From the NCBI GenBank assembly GCA_031285625.1, contig JAITVV010000084.1:64001-128000 (forward strand): a DNA stretch of 64,000 nt. The letters are read 5' to 3'. Below are positions 34,739 through 45,310 of this stretch, in pieces. Positions within the stretch are counted from its first letter, which is position 1, and every line of letters starts with the position of its first letter. This DNA is from Prevotella sp. (GTDB lineage Bacteria > Bacteroidota > Bacteroidia > Bacteroidales > Dysgonomonadaceae). Below the pieces are notes generated by a model. The model was given only the letters and a program-made list of their open reading frames with translations, did no database searches and was not told where the DNA came from. The position numbers were made by a program, and so were the translations under genes.

Positions 34739-35557
34739 ATGACTAATATTTACGAAATAGCCAATAAACTGAGAGCAGAGTCAAAACATCTTCCAATAAA
34801 CAGAATTGAACTCGAAGATGCATTAAATACACTTATACATCGTGTACTATTCCCGATATGCGATCAAGAGAAATCCAGAGAAAAAAAGCTGTACTACTTT
34901 TATTCTATTCTGGTTGAGAATATCTCTGCATTACTAAATAGAGAAGAGGCTGAAGAGATGGTAGACCAATTCATCTCCCACCTTCCTGAACTGCAAGACC
35001 AGCTGTATGAAGAAGCTAAAGTATATTATGAAAATGATCCGGCAGCAAAATCGATAGAAGAGGTCATATTGACTTATCCCGGTTTCTTTGCACAAGTTGT
35101 TTACCGCATATCTCATGAATTCTATAAAATGAATACCCCTATTATACCCCGTCTTTTCTCAGAATATGCACATTCAAAAGTGGGAATAGACATTAACCCC
35201 GGCGCAGAAATAGGAAAGGCATTCTACATAGACCATGGTACAGGCATAGTTATTGGGGAAACAACCTTAATAGGCGACAATGTAAAAATATATCAAGGTG
35301 TAACATTAGGAGCTCTATTTGTAACGAAAGGGCTTGCTAATGAAAAGAGGCACCCAACTATAGAAGACAACGTTGTAATCTATGCTGGTGCGACCATATT
35401 AGGAGGAAAGACTATAGTAGGCCATGACTCAACAATAGGTGGAAATGCATGGCTCACCAAAAGTGTTGTTCCTTATTCCCTTGTACAACAAAATTCAGAA
35501 ATAAGGATACATAATACATTGAAAACAGGAGAGAATATTCTTGACTTCAATATATAA
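34739..35557 (+). CDS. cysE: Serine O-acetyltransferase
   Basis: DPAA, YPG, IDHGTG, QGVTLG, KRHP. Confidence 0.93.
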   Translation: MTNIYEIANKLRAESKHLPINRIELEDALNTLIHRVLFPICDQEKSREKKLYYFYSILVENISALLNREEAEEMVDQFISHLPELQDQLYEEAKVYYENDPAAKSIEEVILTYPGFFAQVVYRISHEFYKMNTPIIPRLFSEYAHSKVGIDINPGAEIGKAFYIDHGTGIVIGETTLIGDNVKIYQGVTLGALFVTKGLANEKRHPTIEDNVVIYAGATILGGKTIVGHDSTIGGNAWLTKSVVPYSLVQQNSEIRIHNTLKTGENILDFNI

Positions 35558-35627
35558 TTTATAAAATAGGAAAGAATACAATATTTTTTGTACTTTCGTG
35601 TAAATTAATCATTACGATATAAGAACA

Positions 35628-36080
35628 ATGGAAGAAGCCCGTAAAAATCCATCTTCTCTGATCAGAAATACCTTTTTACAAGCAATTAATGCTTTATCAA
35701 AAGATTATAAAGGTAGTTCTCTAACTGATATTTTTATCACAGTAGATAAAGAAAGTGGAGAGGTTGCATTCTATGATGACGAAGAAAATAAAGTTGGTGA
35801 AATCGTAGTTTTCGATTGGGTCAATAAGGTAGATGAGCTAAACGATGAAAAGATAATCTCAATCCTGCGAGAAATCACAGAACAGCTTGATAATGAGGAC
35901 ATGTTTTCATCACTAGAATTATTCAAACCATTTTCAGTTAACTATGCAGACGACAGTTTTGAAGTAATTGACGAATTGCTATTGATAAATGAAGAATCAA
36001 CCATCAACTTAGATAATGATTTAATGGAGAAATTCGATAAGGAATTTGATGATTTTCTAGACAAGCTACTAAAAGAATAA
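35628..36080 (+). CDS. Hypothetical acidic protein
   Basis: 150-aa ORF with a plausible start and normal codon use. Confidence 0.7.
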   Translation: MEEARKNPSSLIRNTFLQAINALSKDYKGSSLTDIFITVDKESGEVAFYDDEENKVGEIVVFDWVNKVDELNDEKIISILREITEQLDNEDMFSSLELFKPFSVNYADDSFEVIDELLLINEESTINLDNDLMEKFDKEFDDFLDKLLKE

Positions 36081-36791
36081 TTATATTTCAACACCAATTT
36101 TTCTTCCTTTCTCTACATAACTTGTATCAGCCATAGACTCTACAGTAAATATCTTATTCTGATAAGTAACCTTACATACCGCAGCATTATCCAGTGGTTT
36201 GGTGAACAGTCTGTCACCTCCAAGCCCTAATAGCATTGCCAGAATACTCATCCCGTGTGAAATAATAAGAATATTGCCATCACCGGATTGCACTTCGTTT
36301 TCGGCTATTTCTTTTAAGCTTTCCTGGGTACGCAATTCCACTTGTGAATAGTTCTCGGCCATCCCCATTTTATCTAATAACTTTATGGCATCCAGTACAT
36401 TCCTGTAACTAATATCCTTAGCCAGAATGGCTTTGAACATTTCATCTACAGATGTATAATGAAGATACAATGCAGCATTATGCCACATCACATGATTGAA
36501 ATCTGCTTCAAAACTACCAAAGCAAGCTTCCCTCAATCCGGCTAGTTCTATAATAGGTATATCATCCTGCCCCTTTGCCCCCAATATAATTTGGGATGTT
36601 TGCCTGGTTCTGCGCAGGTCGCTGCAATAGACCGTGCGGAATTTTATATCACTAAGTCCATACCCAAGATAGCGGGCTGCATCAATACCTTCCTTTGTTA
36701 AAGGAGAATCGCACCAACCCTGAACTCTATCCAGGCTATTCATCATAGTTTTGCCGTGACGCGCAATATATAATGTTATTTTAGTATTCAT
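36081..36791 (-). CDS. Histidine phosphatase family protein
   Basis: RHGKT, SDLRR, LRE, SHG. Confidence 0.92.
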   Translation of the reverse strand: MNTKITLYIARHGKTMMNSLDRVQGWCDSPLTKEGIDAARYLGYGLSDIKFRTVYCSDLRRTRQTSQIILGAKGQDDIPIIELAGLREACFGSFEADFNHVMWHNAALYLHYTSVDEMFKAILAKDISYRNVLDAIKLLDKMGMAENYSQVELRTQESLKEIAENEVQSGDGNILIISHGMSILAMLLGLGGDRLFTKPLDNAAVCKVTYQNKIFTVESMADTSYVEKGRKIGVEI

Positions 36792-36850
36792 TTATTTTAG
36801 TAAATGTTAATATTTAATGCTGTATTTTTAAAGTAGTAATGCCTGAGATT

Positions 36851-37258
36851 TTATTTCCAATTTATATAATCTGCAAATGCCTTATCAAACATATCAGGCT
36901 TCCCTACTTTACCATCTATCAAACAAACTACCTCTATAACAGCATCGGCACATAAAGTGTTGTCAGGAATACGAATAATTTGCTGATGAAAAAAGTAACG
37001 AAGGCCTTTACGCTCAATATTAATACTGCAAATAAATTCTTCCGAACCACGCAGGGAACTTCTGTAGCTTATATTTACATTACGAACAACCGGTAATATA
37101 TTTTCTTCAGTGAGGTCGCGCAAACGCATGCCACACTTTTCCATTAGTTCATGACGTGTTGCCTCAAAATAATGTAAATAAATTGCATTATTAACTACTC
37201 CTTGTGAATCACATTCGTAGTCACGAACTTTCATTTTATATTCAAAGGTTAATGCCAT
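36851..37258 (-). CDS. Acyl-CoA thioesterase (4HBT/YbgC family)
   Basis: VRDYECDSQGVVNNAIY. Confidence 0.9.
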   Translation of the reverse strand: MALTFEYKMKVRDYECDSQGVVNNAIYLHYFEATRHELMEKCGMRLRDLTEENILPVVRNVNISYRSSLRGSEEFICSINIERKGLRYFFHQQIIRIPDNTLCADAVIEVVCLIDGKVGKPDMFDKAFADYINWK

Positions 37259-37267
37259 AGACGATAC

Positions 37268-37690
37268 CTATACTTCGAAATATTTACCAAAGGCTCTGTC
37301 AAAAGCTTCAGGCTTTGCTAATTTACCATTGGTTATACATACTACCTCAAACTTCCCGGTAGAACAGACCTTATTGTCATGTAACCGGACGATTTTTTGA
37401 TTAAAAATATACCGGATGCCATCTCTTTCCAAAAAATCAACTGTAGAAATAAAATTATCCCCACCTTTTAACGAATTGGTATAACGAATGTATGCGCTGA
37501 CAACAACTGCATCGGTTCCGCTTTCATGCAAGTCAAAAAAGCTCAGACCATTTTCATTAAAAAAATCATGGCGGGCAATTTCATAATAATGCTGATAATT
37601 GGCATTGTTTACGATTCCCTGTGCGTCGCATTCATAGTCGCGCACCCTTATTGTACATTGAAATAAAGGGCTTTTACTTTTATCTATCAT
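37268..37690 (-). CDS. Acyl-CoA thioesterase (paralogue of the adjacent gene)
   Basis: VRDYECDAQGIVNNANY. Confidence 0.9.
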   Translation of the reverse strand: MIDKSKSPLFQCTIRVRDYECDAQGIVNNANYQHYYEIARHDFFNENGLSFFDLHESGTDAVVVSAYIRYTNSLKGGDNFISTVDFLERDGIRYIFNQKIVRLHDNKVCSTGKFEVVCITNGKLAKPEAFDRAFGKYFEV

Positions 37691-38546
37691 TTTTTTTTAT
37701 CATATGGCTGATATACTTACCAGCTTGTGAGTTAATATATAAAAACTGAATATTTGAATTTGATTTCTGTATTTCGAACAATTGATCTTTTGTTAATATA
37801 GAATTACGCAGCTTGAAATGAAAATGCTTATGAGAAAAAGCTTTAGAGTTAAAAAGTTTTATAAATGTCTCAAAAGAAGTATAATCATTATCAGTAAGAT
37901 CATCAAACTGATTAAGAGGTTCTGCATAGTCTAAAGAATATAGCGCAGGGAAGTTATTGCTCTCTGCAAGATTCTTTAGAAAATCCTGACTATCACTACC
38001 AGCCTGAATGATCATATTCTGCAGTTCTGTATGTTCTATTTCGAAAAACGTACCATCAGGTGCTGCCGGAACTGTAAGCCTTCGTAATGTTGGCATTTTT
38101 GAAACTAACTTTGCGATTGTACCATCTTCTTCAAGATAATTTATAGCACTGATGTTATGATCTCCCAAATTAGTCAGACGAACCTTAAATTCCTGTAGAT
38201 TGGGAAAAATCACATCCGAATTTGTTAATCTATCAAAGCACCATTCATTTACACCATTTGCTCCTTCATCATAACTATCGAAGACTAATGAGATTACCCG
38301 ATCTGCATATTCCTGATTGGTAAGAAAGTCTAACAAAGCACAAAATCCATAATTGTAATCTTCATCCAAATCGGTAGCTTTGATAGAAGGATCGTCATCA
38401 TATCCCGGTCCATGATAGTAAATACTTACCATATCACCGATAGGAAAAAATGATACTTGAGGCGAATAATCTAGTGAATAAGAATCTTCTTCCGTATTAT
38501 GATAATTATAAATATTCTGTTGTAGTTCTAAAAGTTTATTTATCAT
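37680..38546 (-). CDS. Hypothetical protein with LRR-like segments
   Basis: FPNLQEF, MPTLRRL, FPALYSL repeats. Confidence 0.6.
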   Translation of the reverse strand: MINKLLELQQNIYNYHNTEEDSYSLDYSPQVSFFPIGDMVSIYYHGPGYDDDPSIKATDLDEDYNYGFCALLDFLTNQEYADRVISLVFDSYDEGANGVNEWCFDRLTNSDVIFPNLQEFKVRLTNLGDHNISAINYLEEDGTIAKLVSKMPTLRRLTVPAAPDGTFFEIEHTELQNMIIQAGSDSQDFLKNLAESNNFPALYSLDYAEPLNQFDDLTDNDYTSFETFIKLFNSKAFSHKHFHFKLRNSILTKDQLFEIQKSNSNIQFLYINSQAGKYISHMIKKNDR

Positions 38547-38680
38547 ATTAACATTGTAAGGTCTCAGACCTATTTATTACTTTGGTAAGTAGAAGAGCAA
38601 TAAGCTGTTACGATTTTAAAATATATCATTAAATACTTACTTTTACTTATTTTATTCAGATACAAAGTTAATATTATCTT

Positions 38681-40660
38681 TTATTTAGCAGGAATCAAAA
38701 ATGATAAAGGAACATATAATCTTTCATTCCAGGCATTTTCAGAATGGTCTTTACCTTGAAATCCTCTTGTAATCCATTGCTTCGATGTATATCCTTTTTC
38801 TTGCATTACCTTATCCACTTTCTCTTGATGCGGTTTGTAAAAACGGTCAATCGTTTCGGTTCCATAATCAAAATATAACTTATGGCTTTTAGGAGAAGGT
38901 AATTTATTTCTCATATAGTTTACAAACGATCCGGGTATAATACTATTATCCGGATTTGTAGAATCGCCTATCCAATGTGTAGAAAGACAGGCTGCTGCTC
39001 CAAACACTTCAGGATATTCACAAATGGCATACATAGATACTAATCCTCCCATACTAGAACCCATTATGATTGTATTATCCTTATCCGGTTTGGTACTGTA
39101 GTTCTTATCTATAAAAGGTTTTAGTTCTTCGACAATAAATCGAAGGTAATTATCTGACCCAACAGGCTCCTTCATAGTACTCTTCTGTAATTCAGGGGGT
39201 AAAGCTTCGAATGGTTTCTGAGGAAAATATTCTGAATACCTAAACTTCCCGTTATTCCACATTCCAACAACAATGCAATCCCTTATTTTTTTGTCGTCAA
39301 TCAGCTTTCCTGCAACAGAATCTACATCCCATTCCTGATGATTCCATGTTATATTCTTATCAAAGAGGGCCTGACCATCATGCATATATATAACAGTATA
39401 CTTCTTAGATGGTGAATAATTCTCTGGTAACCACACATCAATATTCCGAGGCATAACAAAATCGGAAGGGAAGTTCGTATATCTATCGATAGAACCGGAC
39501 TGAACAGCTGGAATGGATTTTTGGATCACTTCCGAATACCTCTTTTTTATATCTACATAAGAACTGATCTGTTTGTAGTAATCTTCAATATTTTCAGCTG
39601 TATGCCAATCCGGGTCGGGCATCTGTCTTTTTATATCCTGCCATTGCCGCCCATTAAAATAAAGAGGATCCATAGTACAACCCGTTAAGTCTTTAAACGG
39701 TTTTATAAAAATATAACCATCAAAGAAATCTTCCAATCTAAAATCACTATGACATAAACTAAAAAAGCTATTGTCCGATAATCTTCCTAATGATGTATTT
39801 ACTAAGTCAAAACCTACAGGCCTGTTATTATTTTTAGCCATGATCGCTTCAATAGCTCCATTTGCAGGGGAAATCCAATAGGAATTAGGTTTATCTTTCG
39901 ACTCAAAAGGTAAATGAAACATTATATTAAATACCTTATCGGGATATTTCCGGTAGAGCCTGTTACCAACAAAACCTGTATCATAATCGCAGAAGTCATC
40001 ATTATTCATTTTTAGTACAGGCATACCATATTTTGTAAATACATGAACAAGGCCCATATATATCAAAGCTTTTTCATTTTTGGCTATTACCTCTTTTTCT
40101 ATAATATTTGTTCTGAAATCGTCCGGGGTACCTCTATAGAAAACCCGACTCATATTCTCAGGTGTTCTGGGAGAGGCGAATTTACTCCAATCATATTGAT
40201 AACTAAGATTTACTATCCGGAATTTTCTTTCCCCTGCTGATAATGATTTATTTAGCTTCCATACTTCCTTATATATATCTGTGTATTCTTTATATGCCCA
40301 GCCAACGTTATAGAAAAACATCATATCTCTTGCCAGTTGTTCATTATACTCATCTGCACTAAGTAGAGAGTCTAACTGTGATTGCATTTCAAAAGAGCCG
40401 AATTCCATACAAAGATTGGTTACCCCCGCCTTATATAAATCAGGTATCAAATTCTTTACAAAATCTAAATGATCCTTTATTCCATGATCTTCACCTAATA
40501 AGACTAAATCATGTTTCCCAAATTTGGAGATTAAGTATTCTGATGGAGATTTACTATTCTTCCCAATATATTCAGTTTCGGAAATATATTGATCTTGACT
40601 TTTAAGCAAGGCCGGAATAAAACAAAAGATAGATAATAATAAAAAGATATTGTGTTTCAT
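38681..40660 (-). CDS. Secreted fusion: ChaN/EreA-like N-terminal domain plus alpha/beta-hydrolase esterase
   Basis: LVLLGEDH...E N-terminal motif; C-terminal YMHDGQ, GSSMGG, D-x-GT, H-SE. Confidence 0.75.
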   Translation of the reverse strand: MKHNIFLLLSIFCFIPALLKSQDQYISETEYIGKNSKSPSEYLISKFGKHDLVLLGEDHGIKDHLDFVKNLIPDLYKAGVTNLCMEFGSFEMQSQLDSLLSADEYNEQLARDMMFFYNVGWAYKEYTDIYKEVWKLNKSLSAGERKFRIVNLSYQYDWSKFASPRTPENMSRVFYRGTPDDFRTNIIEKEVIAKNEKALIYMGLVHVFTKYGMPVLKMNNDDFCDYDTGFVGNRLYRKYPDKVFNIMFHLPFESKDKPNSYWISPANGAIEAIMAKNNNRPVGFDLVNTSLGRLSDNSFFSLCHSDFRLEDFFDGYIFIKPFKDLTGCTMDPLYFNGRQWQDIKRQMPDPDWHTAENIEDYYKQISSYVDIKKRYSEVIQKSIPAVQSGSIDRYTNFPSDFVMPRNIDVWLPENYSPSKKYTVIYMHDGQALFDKNITWNHQEWDVDSVAGKLIDDKKIRDCIVVGMWNNGKFRYSEYFPQKPFEALPPELQKSTMKEPVGSDNYLRFIVEELKPFIDKNYSTKPDKDNTIIMGSSMGGLVSMYAICEYPEVFGAAACLSTHWIGDSTNPDNSIIPGSFVNYMRNKLPSPKSHKLYFDYGTETIDRFYKPHQEKVDKVMQEKGYTSKQWITRGFQGKDHSENAWNERLYVPLSFLIPAK

Positions 40661-40999
40661 AATTTATTGGATTAAAAAGTCTAATAACAAAAATATAGAT
40701 TAGCGAACAGAGTTAATTAGGCAAGACCTTAATACCAAGACAAATAGTATGCAAACGATTGCGAAGCTAAAATGACTTCTAACTAAAAAAGTGACAAAAG
40801 TGACAGTTATAACATATTTTTCATGTCACCTTTTTCTTCTAAGTCTTTTTTTCAGGAATAAAAGGGTCGAGATGCTTCCTTCGTCAGTATGGCTCGAACG
40901 AGAACAAAAAGTGACAAAGGTAACAGCTAAATAATATAATAGCTGTTACCTTTTCTATTTTGCTTACATGTAGTGCCAACAGCCTACATATAGATAATT

Positions 41000-43900
41000 C
41001 TATTTAACTTTCTTTATCCACTCACGTGCATTTACAAAAGCTTCCATCCAAGGAGTAAAGTCATCTTTACGATGTTCGAACGGATGATAAGCACATTGCC
41101 AAGGGAACAATGAACGTTCTAAGTGAGGCATCATAACCAGATGACGTCCATCATTCGAAACCAAGCCAGCAACGTCATAGTCCGAACCATTCGGATTACC
41201 AGGATAGCCACTATAAATGTACTTCATGGTAACATTATATTCAGATTCGGCTTTCGGCATAGAGAAACGTCCTTCGCCATGAGCCACCCATATACCAATC
41301 TTACTGCCCGAAAGCGAGCCTAACATTACAGATTTATTTTCCGGAATTTCAACACTTACAAAGGTCGATTCAAACTTATGCGAAGCATTGTGTTCCATTT
41401 TAGCTTTTACATCATGGTCAGGATATACCAGTCCCAGTTCCATCATTAACTGGCAACCATTACATACGCCAAGGCTGAGAGTATCCTCTCTCTGATAATA
41501 TTTACGCAATGTTTCCTTAGCCTTTTCATTATACATAAAGCTACCTGCCCAACCTTTAGCAGAACCGAGCACATCGGAATTGGAGAACCCTCCACAGAAA
41601 ACGATCAGGTTGATATCCTCAAGAGTCTCTCTTCCTGAAGCCAGGTCTGTCATATGGACATCTTTCACATCGAATCCTGCAAGATATAAAGCATAGGCCA
41701 TTTCACGCTCACCATTTGTCCCTTTCTCACGGATAATGGCAGCTTTGACTCCTGTACGTTCTGTACGATTAGGATCAATACCATACTGAGCAAAACGACC
41801 AGTAAATGATGGATTGAATTTAAAGAGCAGAGGTTGTTTTTTATAATTATTGAAACGGTCTGCTGCCAGTTTCTCTCCTGATTGTTTTTTATCTAACAGG
41901 TATGACGACTCGAACCAAACATCGCGAAGTTCATCTATATTGAATTCCTGAGAGAAAGCCTCCTTTTGGATAACTAGTTTTCTTTCTTCGATAGGACGGG
42001 CAACAATCGCAAAGCCTATACCATAATCATCTAAGATTTTTTCTACTAAATGATGATGTTTTACCTGAATAAGAATACCCGGATTTTCTGAGAATAATAC
42101 TTTTATTAAATCTGCATGATGCAGTTTATCCAAACGGGCTTCCAGTCCACCCTGAGGATTGGCAAAACACATCTCAAGCATGGCTGTGACAAGTCCTCCG
42201 GCAGATACATCATGACCAGCCAGAATCAATCCCCTATCAACTAGTTCCTGCACTGCATTAAATGCATTCTTAAAATATTCAGGATCTTTTACCGTAGGGA
42301 CTTCTTCACCCAGTTTACTCATTGTTTGAGCAAACGCAGAACCTCCCAGTTTGAAAGTATCAAAAGAGAAATCAATATAATAAAGATATGTACCTTTGAT
42401 ATAAGCTAAAACAGGAGATACAATCTTACGAATATTTTTCACTTCTCCGGCCGCGGAAATAATTACAGTACCGGGAGAATAAACTTTCTCATCTCCATAT
42501 TTCTGGGTCATTGATAAAGAGTCTTTTCCTGTCGGTATATTAATACCCAATTCACAGGCAAAATCAGAGCAAGCTTCCACAGCTTTGTACAAACGGGCAT
42601 CTTCCCCCGGATTCTTACAAGGCCACATCCAGTTTGCACTTAGGGATATACCTTTCAAACCTTCTTCAATCGGAGCAAATATTATGTTTGTTAATGATTC
42701 GGCAATAGCCAATACTGAACCCGCTGCAGGATCTACCATTGCCGCCTGCGGAGCATGTCCTATTGAAGTAGCTATTCCAACTTTTCCTTTATAATCGAGA
42801 GCAACCGCACCTAAGTCACTCAATGGCAATTGTATTTCACCCTGAGTCTGTTGACGGGCTACTTTCCCTGTGACAGAGCGGTCGACTTTATTGGTCAACC
42901 AATCTTTACACGCAACAGCTTCCAGTTGAAGTACATTCTTTATATATTCTCCTAGATTTGACAGATCATAATCAGGATTTGTATATGTTTCTTCTATGCT
43001 TTCATCACGCATTATAGTCCGGGGAGCTTTACCAAAAAAGTCTTCCAACTTAAGATCGATAGGTCGTTTTCCGTCTGCCTGTTCAAAAACGAATTTCATA
43101 TCATCTGTAGTTTCACCCACTACATACATTGGCGAACGCTCACGTTCTGCTATTCGTTCTATTTTCTCTACGGCATCCGCTGGTATAAGCAGTCCCATAC
43201 GTTCCTGACTTTCATTTCCTACAATTTCTTTCGAAGACAATGTAGGATCTCCAATCGGAAGCTTAGAGATATCTATTTTTCCACCCGTTGCTTCAACAAG
43301 CTCCGACAAGCAATTCAGATGACCGCCTGCTCCATGATCATGGATAGACACTATCGGATTATTATCAGATTCAGCCAACGCACGAATAACATTTGCCGTA
43401 CGTTTTTGCATTTCCGGATTAGCACGCTGAACAGCGTTCAACTCTATTCCGCTGGAATATTGCCCTGTATCCACTGAAGATACAGCGCCTCCACCCATAC
43501 CGATCCGATAATTGTCTCCACCAAGAATAACAACTTTCTCTCCCGGTTTTGGCTCACCTTTCAGCGCATCACGTTTATTTGCATACCCAACACCTCCGGC
43601 AAGCATTATTACTTTGTCAAAAGCAAATTTCTTACGGTTTTCTTCATGTTCGAAAGTAAGCAAGGAACCACATATCAAAGGTTGTCCAAAGTGATTTCCA
43701 AAAGTGGAAGCACCATTGGATGCTTTTATCAATATTTCTTCCGGTGTCTGATATAACCATGGTCTTTCCGGCATAGTTTCTTCCCATGCCCTACCAGCTT
43801 TTGTACGAGGATATGAAGTCATATATACGGCAGTACCGGCAATAGGTAAAGACGCTTTACCCCCACCCAGACGGTCGCGAATCTCACCTCCCGAACCTGT

Positions 43901-44686
43901 AGCCGCACCATTGAACGGCTCTACTGTAGTGGGAAAGTTATGTGTCTCCGCTTTTAGAGAGATAACTGACTTAATTGGTTTGGTTTCAAAATAACTTGGT
44001 TTATCTCCATCAACAGGAGCAAACTGTTCTATTTCCGGACCGGCATTAAATGCAACATTATCTTTATAGGCAGATATCAGTTTGTTTGGATTTACCTGCG
44101 ACGTTTTCTTTATTAATTTGAACAATGAACTTTCTTTCTCTTCTCCATCAATAATGAAAACTCCATTAAATATTTTGTGACGACAGTGTTCAGAATTCAC
44201 TTGCGAGAAACCGAATACCTCACTATCTGTTAGTTTACGGCCGAGTCTTTCACTCACGCTATTCAGATATTCAATCTCATCTTCACTAAGTGCCAAACCT
44301 TCCTGAATATTGTATGCTTCAATATTGTCAATCTCAATGATCGGATCAGGCTGCTTATTTATAGTAAACACTTCCTGATTTATTCCGTCATATACACGTT
44401 GAAGCATTGGATCATGTTCCGCATCATTACTGGAAACAGGAAAAAACTCTTCAATACGTAAAATACCATCAACACCCATATTTTGGGTTATCTCAACAGC
44501 ATTAGTACTCCAGGGAGTGATCATTTCGCGGCGAGGACCAATAAAAAAGCCTGAAACTTTATCGGCTTCAAGCATAGTTGCACCACTAAATGCCCATGTA
44601 AGGCGTTGGATAAAATCGTTGTTGAGGGTTGAGTTTGTTTGAACAGCAATAATGCTTTTGGTAGGAGTTTGAAAGAAGGAAACCAT
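41000..44686 (-). CDS. purL: Phosphoribosylformylglycinamidine synthase (large single-chain form)
   Basis: NSEHCRH, KAETHNFP, HDHGAGG, GKDSLS, GVCNGCQ, MPHLER. Confidence 0.98.
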   Translation of the reverse strand: MVSFFQTPTKSIIAVQTNSTLNNDFIQRLTWAFSGATMLEADKVSGFFIGPRREMITPWSTNAVEITQNMGVDGILRIEEFFPVSSNDAEHDPMLQRVYDGINQEVFTINKQPDPIIEIDNIEAYNIQEGLALSEDEIEYLNSVSERLGRKLTDSEVFGFSQVNSEHCRHKIFNGVFIIDGEEKESSLFKLIKKTSQVNPNKLISAYKDNVAFNAGPEIEQFAPVDGDKPSYFETKPIKSVISLKAETHNFPTTVEPFNGAATGSGGEIRDRLGGGKASLPIAGTAVYMTSYPRTKAGRAWEETMPERPWLYQTPEEILIKASNGASTFGNHFGQPLICGSLLTFEHEENRKKFAFDKVIMLAGGVGYANKRDALKGEPKPGEKVVILGGDNYRIGMGGGAVSSVDTGQYSSGIELNAVQRANPEMQKRTANVIRALAESDNNPIVSIHDHGAGGHLNCLSELVEATGGKIDISKLPIGDPTLSSKEIVGNESQERMGLLIPADAVEKIERIAERERSPMYVVGETTDDMKFVFEQADGKRPIDLKLEDFFGKAPRTIMRDESIEETYTNPDYDLSNLGEYIKNVLQLEAVACKDWLTNKVDRSVTGKVARQQTQGEIQLPLSDLGAVALDYKGKVGIATSIGHAPQAAMVDPAAGSVLAIAESLTNIIFAPIEEGLKGISLSANWMWPCKNPGEDARLYKAVEACSDFACELGINIPTGKDSLSMTQKYGDEKVYSPGTVIISAAGEVKNIRKIVSPVLAYIKGTYLYYIDFSFDTFKLGGSAFAQTMSKLGEEVPTVKDPEYFKNAFNAVQELVDRGLILAGHDVSAGGLVTAMLEMCFANPQGGLEARLDKLHHADLIKVLFSENPGILIQVKHHHLVEKILDDYGIGFAIVARPIEERKLVIQKEAFSQEFNIDELRDVWFESSYLLDKKQSGEKLAADRFNNYKKQPLLFKFNPSFTGRFAQYGIDPNRTERTGVKAAIIREKGTNGEREMAYALYLAGFDVKDVHMTDLASGRETLEDINLIVFCGGFSNSDVLGSAKGWAGSFMYNEKAKETLRKYYQREDTLSLGVCNGCQLMMELGLVYPDHDVKAKMEHNASHKFESTFVSVEIPENKSVMLGSLSGSKIGIWVAHGEGRFSMPKAESEYNVTMKYIYSGYPGNPNGSDYDVAGLVSNDGRHLVMMPHLERSLFPWQCAYHPFEHRKDDFTPWMEAFVNAREWIKKVK

Positions 44687-44877
44687 ATTTATTTCAAGTT
44701 AATATTTGACTCTTTAATAGGCATACAAAGGTAATGAAAAGAATTAAAACAAAGATATAAAATATATACTTGAAACCGTACATATTTAATTATTTCAACT
44801 TTGGCTTCACCCCCCTTAAATAAAAAAAGAGACTATCCCAATGGATTAGCCTCCTCTTATATTTTCTCATCATTTTT

Positions 44878-45042
44878 CTACTGAATTCTGCTGGTATTCC
44901 GAATATTCTTCAGTTCCATTAACATGACGTCCAAATCGTGCATCCACACATCTAAAATCTCGTGGGGTGTATCTTTGGGCGCATCTTCAATATGCTTTTG
45001 AGCAAATTGAATTTCATTAATCAATTTTTTGTGCTGATCCAT
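44878..45042 (-). CDS. Small hypothetical protein (54 aa)
   Basis: MDQHKKLINEIQ...; followed by a hairpin at about 44826-44858. Confidence 0.55.
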   Translation of the reverse strand: MDQHKKLINEIQFAQKHIEDAPKDTPHEILDVWMHDLDVMLMELKNIRNTSRIQ

Positions 45043-45310
45043 GATTTTTACTTTAAGATTATTCTTATTTTGCAATACAAACAAAACAATTACACAAATA
45101 ATATTATTTTTTTGCAATATTAACATTACAAAAATGGGTATTATTTTTTATTTTATACGTATAAATATTATTTTTTAATATATTTTTAACATTTAAGAAC
45201 ATTACACAAAGAAGTTTATAAGTATTCGAAATCTTAACAACCTACTATGATAGTCAATTTATAACTAGGAAAATATTATCTTTGCAGCTAAAGTAAAAAA
45301 CAACCATAAC

